Translations under genes and position numbers: made by a program | DNA from: a virus | Taxonomy: Duplodnaviria; Caudoviricetes | DNA length: 54,299 nt | Strand: one strand, 5' to 3' | Virus record (IMG/VR): IMGVR_UViG_3300038400_000028 | Coordinates: 1 to 54,299 of that record | In this document: positions 9,663 to 18,456 of the stretch, one piece after another | Position numbering within the stretch: position 1 is the first letter of the stretch | How the letters are laid out: every line of letters starts with the position of its first letter | The notes under the pieces: model-generated | What the model was told of the DNA's origin: nothing | Database searches by the model: none | What the model saw: only the letters and a program-made list of their open reading frames with translations

Positions 9663-10021
9663 TACACCGCCGTCCAGGTGCCGGTGTACCAATTGACTTC
9701 CCAGGTTCCAGCGACGACGCACTCAATCTCACAACCCTCGCCCGCGGCGTCGGCAGTCAGATAAGCGCCGGCCGCCTGCTGGGCGCCAGTGGACGGCAGT
9801 GCAATCGTCTCGGTGCCGTTCGGGTCGATCCGAAGCTCCTGGGCTGTCTTGACCTTAAAGCGATACCACTGGCCGACCGTCGCCGCAGGCAGACTGAACG
9901 TAATTGCCGCGCCCGCGCCCGCGTTCGTGAAGGTCAGGCCATTATCGGTATTGGCGACGACGGTATAGTTCGCGGTCTTGGCTTGTACGGTGCGCAGCCC
10001 GCGCCCGCTGAGTGTGCTCAT
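9662..10021 (-). CDS. Putative capsid decoration/fibre protein
   Basis: KTANYTV...ITFSLPAA beta-rich motif common in virion accessory proteins. Confidence 0.55.
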   Translation of the reverse strand: MSTLSGRGLRTVQAKTANYTVVANTDNGLTFTNAGAGAAITFSLPAATVGQWYRFKVKTAQELRIDPNGTETIALPSTGAQQAAGAYLTADAAGEGCEIECVVAGTWEVNWYTGTWTAV

Positions 10022-10030
10022 AGCCCCTCC

Positions 10031-10957
10031 TTACGCTGGCTGGCCGGTCTCGCGACCGATCTTACCCGCCTCGCCGTCGAAGCTCGTGTTGTTCCAAACG
10101 TCGGTTGCGGTGCCAACCACATCTGGCGTATTGAAATTGGCGGTTGATGTCTGGAAATAGTTATCGACGATGAAATTGTCTGCCCCGCCACCGTTGTTCG
10201 TGTTCAGCACGACCGTGGTATTCGGCGTGCCGCCATCGGTGAACGTGTTCCCACGAATACGGCAGCCGAACGCGGCGATCTTGACACCGTTCGTGAAGCC
10301 GTAAAAATGGTTATCGACGATCAGCCACTCGCTCTGGCCGACGCCGATATTGCCGACGCCAAGAATACAGAAGTTCGTCAGCGCGTCGAACCGGCAGTCT
10401 TGCACCAGCACGCCGTAGCAACCGCCTGTATCGGAAATACCGTTGTATCCACTGGCAAAGCGGCAGCCGACGATCTCGGCGTGCGAGGCGTCCCGCTCGG
10501 CGTCCCCCGCGCCTGCGTCGCGATACAGCTGGATGCAGGCATGATCGGTGGGGCCAGCAAACAGGATGTTTTCAAATCGCCAGCCCTGCTGGAGTACCTT
10601 GACGAGCGGGTTGGTCGTCGCACCGCTGGCGGGTGTCGTCCAGGTTGAGGCACTGTGTCCGCCGGCCGGCGTCGGGGCCGCGTCGGCGTGCCGCGGACGA
10701 TTGCCGCCGCCGGTGATCGTCACGTCGAACACCTGCACCGGCGTCGTCAGTTGCTCCCTGATCTTGCCGACGAAGTAGATGTGATCGCCGCTCTGGAGCA
10801 GCGAGAACGCTTTCGCCATCGTCAAGAAAGGCGACTGCCAGCTACGACCGCTGTTGCCGTCGCTGCCGCCCACCGCATCGACGTACCACTCCGTCCCGAC
10901 AACGGTTGCCGACCGCCCCTCGCGCAGCCGCCCCTGACGTTCGTTCAAGTAGGGCAT
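10031..10957 (-). CDS. Right-handed beta-helix (pectin-lyase-like) protein, possible head fibre
   Basis: WYVDAVGGSDGNSGRSWQSPFLT start; repeated IxGNxF/IVDNxF rungs. Confidence 0.75.
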   Translation of the reverse strand: MPYLNERQGRLREGRSATVVGTEWYVDAVGGSDGNSGRSWQSPFLTMAKAFSLLQSGDHIYFVGKIREQLTTPVQVFDVTITGGGNRPRHADAAPTPAGGHSASTWTTPASGATTNPLVKVLQQGWRFENILFAGPTDHACIQLYRDAGAGDAERDASHAEIVGCRFASGYNGISDTGGCYGVLVQDCRFDALTNFCILGVGNIGVGQSEWLIVDNHFYGFTNGVKIAAFGCRIRGNTFTDGGTPNTTVVLNTNNGGGADNFIVDNYFQTSTANFNTPDVVGTATDVWNNTSFDGEAGKIGRETGQPA

Positions 10958-10969
10958 TGCTTACTCCTG

Positions 10970-10978
10970 TGCTATACT
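10970..10978 (+). promoter_or_regulatory. Extended -10 promoter TGcTATACT
   Basis: Directly upstream of the tRNA-like element. Confidence 0.5.
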
Positions 10979-11067
10979 GAACAAAGAGCGCGGCGGCCTG
11001 TATTTGGAGATGGGCGACCGCTTGAGCGGTAAGTGCAGTGTTCGAGTCCTGCCCGCGCTCTTTGTTC
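10979..11067 (+). ncRNA. tRNA-like cloverleaf RNA (non-canonical)
   Basis: 15-bp closing stem; GCCTGT/ATGGGC arm; ACCGC-TTGA-GCGGT arm; GCAG..TTCGAGT..CTGC T-arm. Confidence 0.55.
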
Positions 11068-11070
11068 TCC

Positions 11071-12360
11071 TTACGGCGTCAGGTCGATTTCCACGAAGGC
11101 CGAGGGACGGAGCACCCCGAACGCTGCGCGCATCTCAGCCAGCAGCGCGATCATGTTGCGGATGAAGAAATCCGAATGCGAGTCGCTCATCAGGATGTTG
11201 GCCTCCTCGCGGTCCCAGAGCACCGCGAGGCGCCAGTCGGCGACCATGGCCTGCCCCTCGGTTTCGCCCTCGCTCTCGACCACCGGCAGCCCCCAGAGCC
11301 GCGGGGTGCCCAGCACACTGGGGCCGCCGAAATAGTAGCGTGCCTCGTTGTCCTGGGTCAGATCAAGGTCTTCCCAGTCGTTCGGATGCATCACATAGGC
11401 GGTTGGGGTAGCCCGTCCTGTCACACGCACCTTCGTGCGTGCGCGTCGTGTTGTGGTCAGGATGTCTGTATCGAACGCCTGGGGAGTGATGCCGGATGTG
11501 TTGTGGACGCCGGTAAAGTTCTCGCCGGTGCCGTCACCGTTCAGCACCTGATCCTCCAACTCTTCCTCCAGCCCATAGGTCAGGAAGGAGTTGACCAGCG
11601 TGCGAAGCTGCCCGGCGTCCGCGATCGAGCGGCGGGTCGCCGGTATCCAGTGCGCAATCGTCTTGACCGACTCGCTAACAACGAGGGTCGTCAGGCTGCT
11701 CTCGGGCTTGGCTCCGCTGCTGCCGCTGGTGGCCGTCGCCTCAGCGACCGGCGCGGCGGCGTTCGTAAAGCCGGTAATCCGCACGTAGTCTACTGTGTCG
11801 CTGTCGGTCGTGCCATTCGTGATGATGTCACGAATCGTCAGCGGGCGCATGAACGTGCCCATATCCTGCACGCCCAGGAAGCGCGGATAGACCAGCGCGC
11901 CTGCGCTCGTGTTCGACGCGCCGGTCAGGAGCGTCTTCATCCCGCCGGGGACGGCGACCCGCGGCGAGTGACCGAACTGCCCCCGCGTCACCGCGCCGCC
12001 GACCATCATCCGCGCACGCCATGCTTTGAACTCCGGATCTTCCAGCATCTGCTGCCCCGGCGTCAACTGCGGCCGATCCGTCTGGTCACGCTCCTCACGA
12101 CGCTCGCGTCCGGCACCGAGTCGGTTGACCGGCTCTTTCGCCTCACGCTGCCGGCGCTCGTTAGCCGCGCGCAACTCCTGCTGGTCGCGAATCTCTTTGA
12201 CTTCCAGCTCACGCTCTTCGATTTCCTTGTTGAGCGTGATGACCTCCTGCTTGGTGCTGGCGTCGAGCTGCTCATCACCGGCCTTGTCCCAAATCGCATT
12301 GACCTTCTCGACACGCTCCGCGATCTCGGTAAGCAGCGCCTGCTCACGTTGTCTGCTCAT
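11071..12360 (-). CDS. Major capsid protein, HK97 fold with N-terminal delta domain
   Basis: Coiled-coil N-terminus; EDQVLNGDGTG, MHPNDW, LWGLPVV, FIRNMIALLAEMR motifs. Confidence 0.95.
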   Translation of the reverse strand: MSRQREQALLTEIAERVEKVNAIWDKAGDEQLDASTKQEVITLNKEIEERELEVKEIRDQQELRAANERRQREAKEPVNRLGAGRERREERDQTDRPQLTPGQQMLEDPEFKAWRARMMVGGAVTRGQFGHSPRVAVPGGMKTLLTGASNTSAGALVYPRFLGVQDMGTFMRPLTIRDIITNGTTDSDTVDYVRITGFTNAAAPVAEATATSGSSGAKPESSLTTLVVSESVKTIAHWIPATRRSIADAGQLRTLVNSFLTYGLEEELEDQVLNGDGTGENFTGVHNTSGITPQAFDTDILTTTRRARTKVRVTGRATPTAYVMHPNDWEDLDLTQDNEARYYFGGPSVLGTPRLWGLPVVESEGETEGQAMVADWRLAVLWDREEANILMSDSHSDFFIRNMIALLAEMRAAFGVLRPSAFVEIDLTP

Positions 12361-13343
12361 GAATACACTCCTAGCTCACGTAGTCGCTGCTGCTGGCGCG
12401 ACCACGCGGCGCGCAGCGCGTTCGTATCTTGATAGCCGCCGCCCTTCTGCGGCTCGCTGGCCGCGAGCAGGGACTTGAGCGCCTCCGTAGCGCCGTTCAG
12501 TGCCTCGATCGTGCTCTCGATCCGCTTGCGGTTTTCGCCCGACAGCACCCGGCCCTCTTTGGCACGCAAAGAGACCAGCGACTCCAGGCGTGTAATATAG
12601 CGTTCGACGGCAGCATGCACCGTCTGTTGTTCGATCGTGAGTGGGATGCCCTTCTGCCCCGTTGCCGACGTAGCTGGGTTCATCCCCCAGTTAACATCCG
12701 AAAAATCATAGATGTCGGCCTGGTAGAGGTTGCGGATCGTGCGGTCGTCCTGCTCTTCCATGTCCCAGCGCTTCAACTCGAACGCATAGGACATCTCATC
12801 GAGCGCGCCGGATTTGAGACCCGCGAGCACCAGGCCGGGCCGCGTCGCGACATCATCGCTCAGATAGGTGCGCTGGACCGCGACCCCGCCAGTGGCGTCG
12901 GGCGCGTAGCTCTTAACGGCTGGCGGCAAGTCAGCGCGGTCCACCTCGAAGATGCGATCGATCACCGCGATCGGCGGTTCAGCGCTGTTGTGCTGCCACA
13001 GAAAGCGCGCACGCTTGCGCCCGTTCACCGTGCCGTCGCCGACCAGGCCAGGATGCGACCGATCGCCGCCGTCATCCACGTTGCCATGCACGATGGCGAT
13101 CCCTGTCGCAGTGCGGTCGTCGATGCCCATCATGAAGGCAGGTGTTGTCTTGTATTCCAGCGATGGCGCCTGCCCACGCTCCATCATTCCACGCGCCTCC
13201 CAGCTGTCGCAGACATAGGAGGGATCAGCGGCGAAATTGTAGAGCCGGCACTGGCCGCTTATGAAATGCATGCAGGTGCCGCAACGCTGATCGCCTTCTG
13301 CATCGCGGTAGTTTGGTGCGTCGGATTGGGCTTTGCCTGGCAT
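12357..13343 (-). CDS. HK97-type prohead protease with N-terminal 4-Cys domain
   Basis: GNVDDGGD, FLWQHN, EMSYAF, FSDVNWGMNP; N-terminal CxxC...C...C-x2-W. Confidence 0.88.
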   Translation of the reverse strand: MPGKAQSDAPNYRDAEGDQRCGTCMHFISGQCRLYNFAADPSYVCDSWEARGMMERGQAPSLEYKTTPAFMMGIDDRTATGIAIVHGNVDDGGDRSHPGLVGDGTVNGRKRARFLWQHNSAEPPIAVIDRIFEVDRADLPPAVKSYAPDATGGVAVQRTYLSDDVATRPGLVLAGLKSGALDEMSYAFELKRWDMEEQDDRTIRNLYQADIYDFSDVNWGMNPATSATGQKGIPLTIEQQTVHAAVERYITRLESLVSLRAKEGRVLSGENRKRIESTIEALNGATEALKSLLAASEPQKGGGYQDTNALRAAWSRQQQRLRELGVYS

Positions 13344-13361
13344 GGCATATCACCAGAGAAT

Positions 13362-13398
13362 CAAAAACGCCAGGCGATCCGGTCTAGGATCATCCTGG
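13362..13398 (-). terminator. Hairpin plus U-run upstream of the protease gene
   Basis: ACGCCAGG...CCTGGCGTTTTT on the minus strand. Confidence 0.5.
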
Positions 13399-13435
13399 CG
13401 TGTGAAACGCGCTTCGATTTACTTTTGCCGTCTAC

Positions 13436-13639
13436 CTACCGATGGCCCTGATCGTACTCCTTCAGGTTCACGATATGGCGTTCTCGGCGACTATCCATGA
13501 TCTCGATCTCTCGTGTCGTCGGATTGTAGCGTGCGAGCAGACGCAGGGTTTTCGGATGGCGTACCTCAACGAATGCGCTCGCCTGCGCTGACTTTAGTAT
13601 AGCACCACTGGTTGCGTTGTCAAGATGTTGTGTCGTCAT
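13436..13639 (-). CDS. Small protein with Com-like pattern but no Cys
   Basis: EVRHPKTLRLLARY...EIEIMDSR. Confidence 0.5.
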   Translation of the reverse strand: MTTQHLDNATSGAILKSAQASAFVEVRHPKTLRLLARYNPTTREIEIMDSRRERHIVNLKEYDQGHR

Positions 13640-13657
13640 GGTGTGTGCCTACGATAG

Positions 13658-13899
13658 TTAATAAAGCGCAACAATCGCCGTCGCAGTTGTGCCGGTCGAG
13701 TACACCCGCTTGATCTGAATCCAATGGATGACCCCGACCGCGAGCGCATTGAACGTCACCGTGTCGCCGCCCAGCGTGTCGACCTTGAGATCGCCAGCCC
13801 GTCGATGTAGATGCCCCGCGTCGGTGTCGTCAGGTCAACCGTGTCGCTTGGTGTTACTGCCGCCGCCTTCGTGATCGGGGTTGTCAGTCGAGATGCCAT
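13658..13899 (-). pseudogene. Head spike-base protein (RcGTA Rcc01079-like) with a 1-nt frameshift
   Basis: AAAVTPSDTVDL..TRGIYI in one frame, AGDLKV..GDTVTF..RVYSTGTTATAIVAL in the -1 frame; span is 242 nt. Confidence 0.8.
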
Positions 13900-13936
13900 G
13901 GATGTGCCTTTCGTTAGTCAAAACTCGGCCCGGCGG

Positions 13937-14392
13937 TCATGTAGTAATCTCCCTTGCGCCTTGCCAAGCTGCCGTAAACCCATGCTCAACAAACCAATCA
14001 TGCGCTTCCTTCGATCGAACACCTATCGTAGTCTCATGCCAGTGACTATTTCCAAAGTTCTCGCTACTTATATACACCGTATTCGGCTCTATTAACACAA
14101 CCTTTGAGTGCATATCTGGGCGTGTAGCGATGCTTATATTAGGGAATATCGACTTAATTGATCGGGCGCGAGTGATAAACTTTTCATGGCACAACAAATA
14201 TATGCCATTGGGCCGACGCCGGAATTGTGTTTCTACGTACCCTATATCCGGCAAAGAGTACGTCATTATCCTGACAGTCCCCACCTGTCTATGCAACTGC
14301 GACAACTTCATCGCCCAAGTATGCGATGAAGCATAAAGTTTTATTTCACCGCTCTTAAACAAAATTCCATGTATATCATTTTCCCACCCCAT
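13937..14392 (-). CDS. Phospholipase D-like (HKD) nuclease-domain protein
   Basis: MHSKVVLIE..VYISSENF...ETTI; AT-rich relative to flanks. Confidence 0.8.
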   Translation of the reverse strand: MGWENDIHGILFKSGEIKLYASSHTWAMKLSQLHRQVGTVRIMTYSLPDIGYVETQFRRRPNGIYLLCHEKFITRARSIKSIFPNISIATRPDMHSKVVLIEPNTVYISSENFGNSHWHETTIGVRSKEAHDWFVEHGFTAAWQGAREITT

Positions 14393-14527
14393 CTATTCAC
14401 CCGCCTTAGCTACTTCTGCTCCAATAACGGTCATGCTCCTCTGTTCAGTCGTCAAAACTAAGTAATGCCTGCCCCAGTAGTACTTGAGATAGGCGATGAT
14501 TGACCATTGAATGATTTTGTGTATCAT
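14393..14527 (-). CDS. 44-aa small protein MIHKIIQWSIIAYLKYYWG...
   Basis: GAGGTG RBS; stop abuts the PLD ATG; N-terminus resembles 20707-20919. Confidence 0.5.
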   Translation of the reverse strand: MIHKIIQWSIIAYLKYYWGRHYLVLTTEQRSMTVIGAEVAKAGE

Positions 14528-14561
14528 GTGCTACTCACCTCTTCGTTGCTCATTTTGTACC

Positions 14562-16835
14562 TCACTCGAAACTCGGCCCGAACGTCCTGACGCAGTTGGT
14601 GTGTCCCAGCGGATTCGCCCGCGCCCATGCCAGCGTTTGCGTTGTACCGTTGAGCTGATTACACTCGTCATCCGAGTCCTCGCCTCCGCCGTCGAACACA
14701 ATTACCCGCCTCACCCCCGTCTCATCATACCGATCGACCGCGACGATCTGCTGTGCTGTGCCCAGCTCTGTCCTGGCAATCGCCCGCGCGCGTCCCTTGT
14801 AGGTTTCCGTGATAAGGCTGCGCAGTCCTGGCGTGTCTTCGTCGCCGCGCACTAGCTGGTCGAGCGTCCAGCCCTGATCGGCGGCGTGGCTGAGGAGGTT
14901 TTGGAGCTCTGCCCTGGTCGCATCGTCGATCAGAGTCACGCGCGATCCTGCCGTCTTCAATGCCCTGACCACCGCAGGATCGGACAACTCGAATGCAACC
15001 TCAACACCCAGCGCATCATTCCAGAGCGGCCAGGAGGACTCCAGTACCTCGACATAATAACGCTTAACGGTCTTTTCCAGGTCAAGCCAATCGTCGTCCT
15101 TGATCAGGTCATCGAGGCCGGGGAGATCGGCTTTTGTCTCCAGTACGAGCCCCCACGCCTTCCCCACCCGCGCCGCAACCCGATTGGCCAGGCCGGCGAA
15201 GAACCGATCGACAGCCTGCTCCATCCGCTTGGCCGAGGCCGCGCGCACCTTCTGCATCGCTCGCACGAGTTTTGCAGGTGACATGCGGGCTTTGGTTTTC
15301 GGCGGAGCGGGAAGTTGCAATGGCGCTGCTGACGTGGCAAGTGTTGGATCGAGGCCAACCAACCGCAGCGCATCGGGCACATCGATCCCGACATTGACGG
15401 CCACCTGCGCAACAGTTAGCAGCCCCTGAAGACGACGAAGCCTATCATCCGTCGTTTCGTCTTCAGGCGGCAGTCCAAGTTGCGCACGTGCCTCGTTGCG
15501 GCTGACCACACCTGACTCGATGTGATAGCCCAGGATCGGCGTGGATTGCGGCGCGGCAAGTTGCTTCGGCTCCGCGTTTGATGTCGGCGTTAATTCGGGA
15601 TTGAGCACCGCGCCAGTTGGCTCAAGCGAGGCTGCAACCGTAACCCGAAACAACTCATCCGGTCGCGGATCACCCAGCCCAAGCATCGCCCGGGATTCGT
15701 AGAACCCCAGGTATCCGCTCGTGAACGCCTTATCGACCCGCCCCCACTTCGCATCTTCATTCTCTTGCAGCGCCTGCACCTTCGCAAGGTTGTGCCGCAC
15801 CGCGACACCGTTGCCAAACTCCGGCGCAAGGTCGGCCTGAATCTCACTCGACACCGTGCGCCAGAGCGGCACTAGCGTTGCCAGCGTGAAGCGGAGCCAT
15901 GCCTGCTCCGAGTTGGCGTAGGTCGGATCGTCGCCCAGGCCAGCCACCACCGACGGCACTTTCATCACGGCGCAGATACGCTGCTCGGGGATATCGTGGA
16001 GCGCGGCGAAGCTCAGCTCTTCCATGTTGAGCGAGAGACGTTCGATCTCAGCGCCGGCCTCCAGGATCAACACCCCGCCGAGGTTGTCGCCGCCATAGTT
16101 TTCCTTGAACTGCGCCTTGGCCCGCCGCACTTCGTCATCGTTCATGAAGCGCTGGGCGCTCTGCTTCACGATCGTGCGCGGCACCGCATCGTTCTTAAGC
16201 AGCGTCGTCACGTAGCGCGATGCCTCATTGTCCGAGTCGACCTCGCGCGCGGCGGCCAGGATCGGCGGCTGGGCCATCCACGGCTGCTTCGGGTCGAGCG
16301 CCGGCCACTTGATATGTACGATGTCTTCGCGCGGGATGTCGGTCGGCTTGTCTGTGCCGTTCGACAGTTCGTAGTGGTCGATCCAAGATGCGGCATCGGG
16401 ATCGTTTGCAGCAATCGGCGTGATCTGCCCATCGTGGTACGGTCGCAATTCGACCACCTGCCCGCGGCTGTTACGACCTTTGTGGAGATAGGCATTACCA
16501 CCGATCGCCATCCAAGTAACGATCGCGGCGTGCAGTTCGGCCTCGCCCATGTCCGCGTTCGGGTTTTTCAGGAGCTTGCGAAGCGGGTGATTGGGGACCT
16601 GCGCGGCATCGTCTGACTCATCTTCCCAGACCAGCAAGGGCGGCTCGGGGAAGGAAAAGGCCAGTGCCTCGATACAGGCGAAGTAGACCGCGTTGCGCTG
16701 ATAGCCTTCTGCAACAAGGTTTCTCCACGATGGCTCCAGAAACGACCGCGTGAACCAGCGCGGCACGATGGCGAAGCCGCTGGATTTGTAGAGCCAGCGA
16801 GCCAGGCGATAGCGAACGGCAGTCGTGAACCTCAT
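14562..16835 (-). CDS. Portal protein fused to a MuF/gp7-like minor head domain
   Basis: HPLRKLLKNPN, GNAY, RICAVMKVP portal motifs; C-terminal RARAIARTE...DEC...HTNCVR. Confidence 0.9.
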   Translation of the reverse strand: MRFTTAVRYRLARWLYKSSGFAIVPRWFTRSFLEPSWRNLVAEGYQRNAVYFACIEALAFSFPEPPLLVWEDESDDAAQVPNHPLRKLLKNPNADMGEAELHAAIVTWMAIGGNAYLHKGRNSRGQVVELRPYHDGQITPIAANDPDAASWIDHYELSNGTDKPTDIPREDIVHIKWPALDPKQPWMAQPPILAAAREVDSDNEASRYVTTLLKNDAVPRTIVKQSAQRFMNDDEVRRAKAQFKENYGGDNLGGVLILEAGAEIERLSLNMEELSFAALHDIPEQRICAVMKVPSVVAGLGDDPTYANSEQAWLRFTLATLVPLWRTVSSEIQADLAPEFGNGVAVRHNLAKVQALQENEDAKWGRVDKAFTSGYLGFYESRAMLGLGDPRPDELFRVTVAASLEPTGAVLNPELTPTSNAEPKQLAAPQSTPILGYHIESGVVSRNEARAQLGLPPEDETTDDRLRRLQGLLTVAQVAVNVGIDVPDALRLVGLDPTLATSAAPLQLPAPPKTKARMSPAKLVRAMQKVRAASAKRMEQAVDRFFAGLANRVAARVGKAWGLVLETKADLPGLDDLIKDDDWLDLEKTVKRYYVEVLESSWPLWNDALGVEVAFELSDPAVVRALKTAGSRVTLIDDATRAELQNLLSHAADQGWTLDQLVRGDEDTPGLRSLITETYKGRARAIARTELGTAQQIVAVDRYDETGVRRVIVFDGGGEDSDDECNQLNGTTQTLAWARANPLGHTNCVRTFGPSFE

Positions 16836-17146
16836 CTGCTTCTCAGATAGAGGCCGATGCGACTATTCCAAAAGTCACACTCAGCCTCGATAAGCCGACG
16901 TGGGAAAAGGCAGCTAGCCTCACAATGCCCAATGACGATCCGCGCCGGGGAAATCCAGCCGGTGACAAGTTCCCCATCGTCCCAGTACTCACCCCATCGT
17001 GCTGCGATCCAATGCGCTGCCTTGCCGCGCAATCGCCATAGCAGAGCCGAAAGCGTCATCAAGAACGGACAAACGTAGGCGTCGGGCTGATTGTTATAGC
17101 TCTGTCTGCGTATCCACCAAAATAGCGGCAATGGTATCTGGCTCAT
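16832..17146 (-). CDS. Hypothetical Trp-rich protein
   Basis: ATGA-coupled at both ends between terL and portal. Confidence 0.55.
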   Translation of the reverse strand: MSQIPLPLFWWIRRQSYNNQPDAYVCPFLMTLSALLWRLRGKAAHWIAARWGEYWDDGELVTGWISPARIVIGHCEASCLFPRRLIEAECDFWNSRIGLYLRSR

Positions 17147-18456
17147 CGGAATAACCCTCCACTCGGCCCGCGCTTGACCCAGCCGACGATGTAGCGCTCA
17201 GCATCCATATAGTGAAAACTGTGCTTGTCCTCGATCTCTTCTGTCGGCTCGCCCCTGGCATCCAGCTTCCGGCTATAGCTCTGCTTCTGATTCAGATAGC
17301 CCGTCACATCGTCGAACACGACGATCTCGCCTTTCGCATGCGCACCATAGACACGGTTGATACTGATCTCCACATCGGTGACGGCTGGCGGCATGACCGG
17401 CAACCCGCCGGCGCGAAATTCGTCGCGCCACTGCCCCTCGGACTTCGCTCCGCCGACACAGATCGGGATCTTCGGCTCGCCTCTGAGCAGGTGTGTCGCA
17501 TGCTCTTTGGCCGTACGTCCGCCGGCGAGATACTCGCGATACAGGAACAGCCGCCCTGTCTCGCGTATTTCGCCATGATGCATAATGCTCGGAGCCAATT
17601 CAGCGGCGTAGAACAGCCCCGCCGTATTGACCCCTCCGAAGTCAAGGCCAAGGTAGCGTGGCCAATCGTCAGGGATTGCGAAGCGTGGGCAGGTGTGGCG
17701 CTGCTCATCGAAGTTGTCATAGATGAGACCAGCTGGCCTCTCGTACAGCCCGCGATAGAACATTCCAAACTTCCAGACTGGCAGATCGACCTTGGCCCGT
17801 TCCCACTCCTGGCGCGGGAACACTGGATTGAGGATGCTATCAAACTGGATAACATCGATCTCGGGGTGGCGCTTGCCTGCCTTGATCCACACATCATAGA
17901 GCTTCGTTTTGAGCCAGCCCATATTGTAGATCGTCGTCGTAAGAAGCAGGCGCCCCTGCGCGAGCGAAAGGCGCCGGAGCATTGCCTCGTAGGTCTCAAC
18001 CGTGAAGTCATCTTGGCCAGCTTCGTCGGCCCATGCACCTTTTGCCGTCGAGGCCTCGAGCCCACCGTCACTCCCTGCACTGCGCAGGATAATACGACCC
18101 CACATCCGATCGTCAGCGTGCTTGGCCCAGAACTGCCCGATCGTCGGGTCGCGCAGCTCGATAATGCGATCACCCGACCAATAGCGACCGATGCCGTAGA
18201 CATGCTCAAAAGTCTCTCTGAGCGCCGGTAACATCTTGAGCTTGAACAGATCATAGCTCGCTGTGACGGCCAGATAGTCGCCTGCGCCACGCCGATCGAT
18301 CTCGCGCTTGAGCCACAGCGGGCCCCAGCTGGTCTTGCCTGACTGTGTGCCAGCAAGTACGACCACGAAACGCTTATCACTGCGCCAGGCCCGTGCCTGC
18401 CCAGCATGCATGCGTGTGCGGTACTGCTGATCATTCGTTCGTGTCCACAGACTCAT
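17143..18456 (-). CDS. terL: Terminase large subunit
   Basis: Walker A AGTQSGKT, Walker B WADEAG, nuclease GLDFG and HYMDAERY. Confidence 0.93.
   Translation of the reverse strand: MSLWTRTNDQQYRTRMHAGQARAWRSDKRFVVVLAGTQSGKTSWGPLWLKREIDRRGAGDYLAVTASYDLFKLKMLPALRETFEHVYGIGRYWSGDRIIELRDPTIGQFWAKHADDRMWGRIILRSAGSDGGLEASTAKGAWADEAGQDDFTVETYEAMLRRLSLAQGRLLLTTTIYNMGWLKTKLYDVWIKAGKRHPEIDVIQFDSILNPVFPRQEWERAKVDLPVWKFGMFYRGLYERPAGLIYDNFDEQRHTCPRFAIPDDWPRYLGLDFGGVNTAGLFYAAELAPSIMHHGEIRETGRLFLYREYLAGGRTAKEHATHLLRGEPKIPICVGGAKSEGQWRDEFRAGGLPVMPPAVTDVEISINRVYGAHAKGEIVVFDDVTGYLNQKQSYSRKLDARGEPTEEIEDKHSFHYMDAERYIVGWVKRGPSGGLFR

Noticed and set aside
11038-13451. Long opposite-strand or off-frame ORFs (e.g. 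11038-12432, 12429-13451, 17304-18434, 26039-27403, 38707-40110)
   Set aside because: Shadow ORFs of real genes in high-GC DNA; no motifs or RBS
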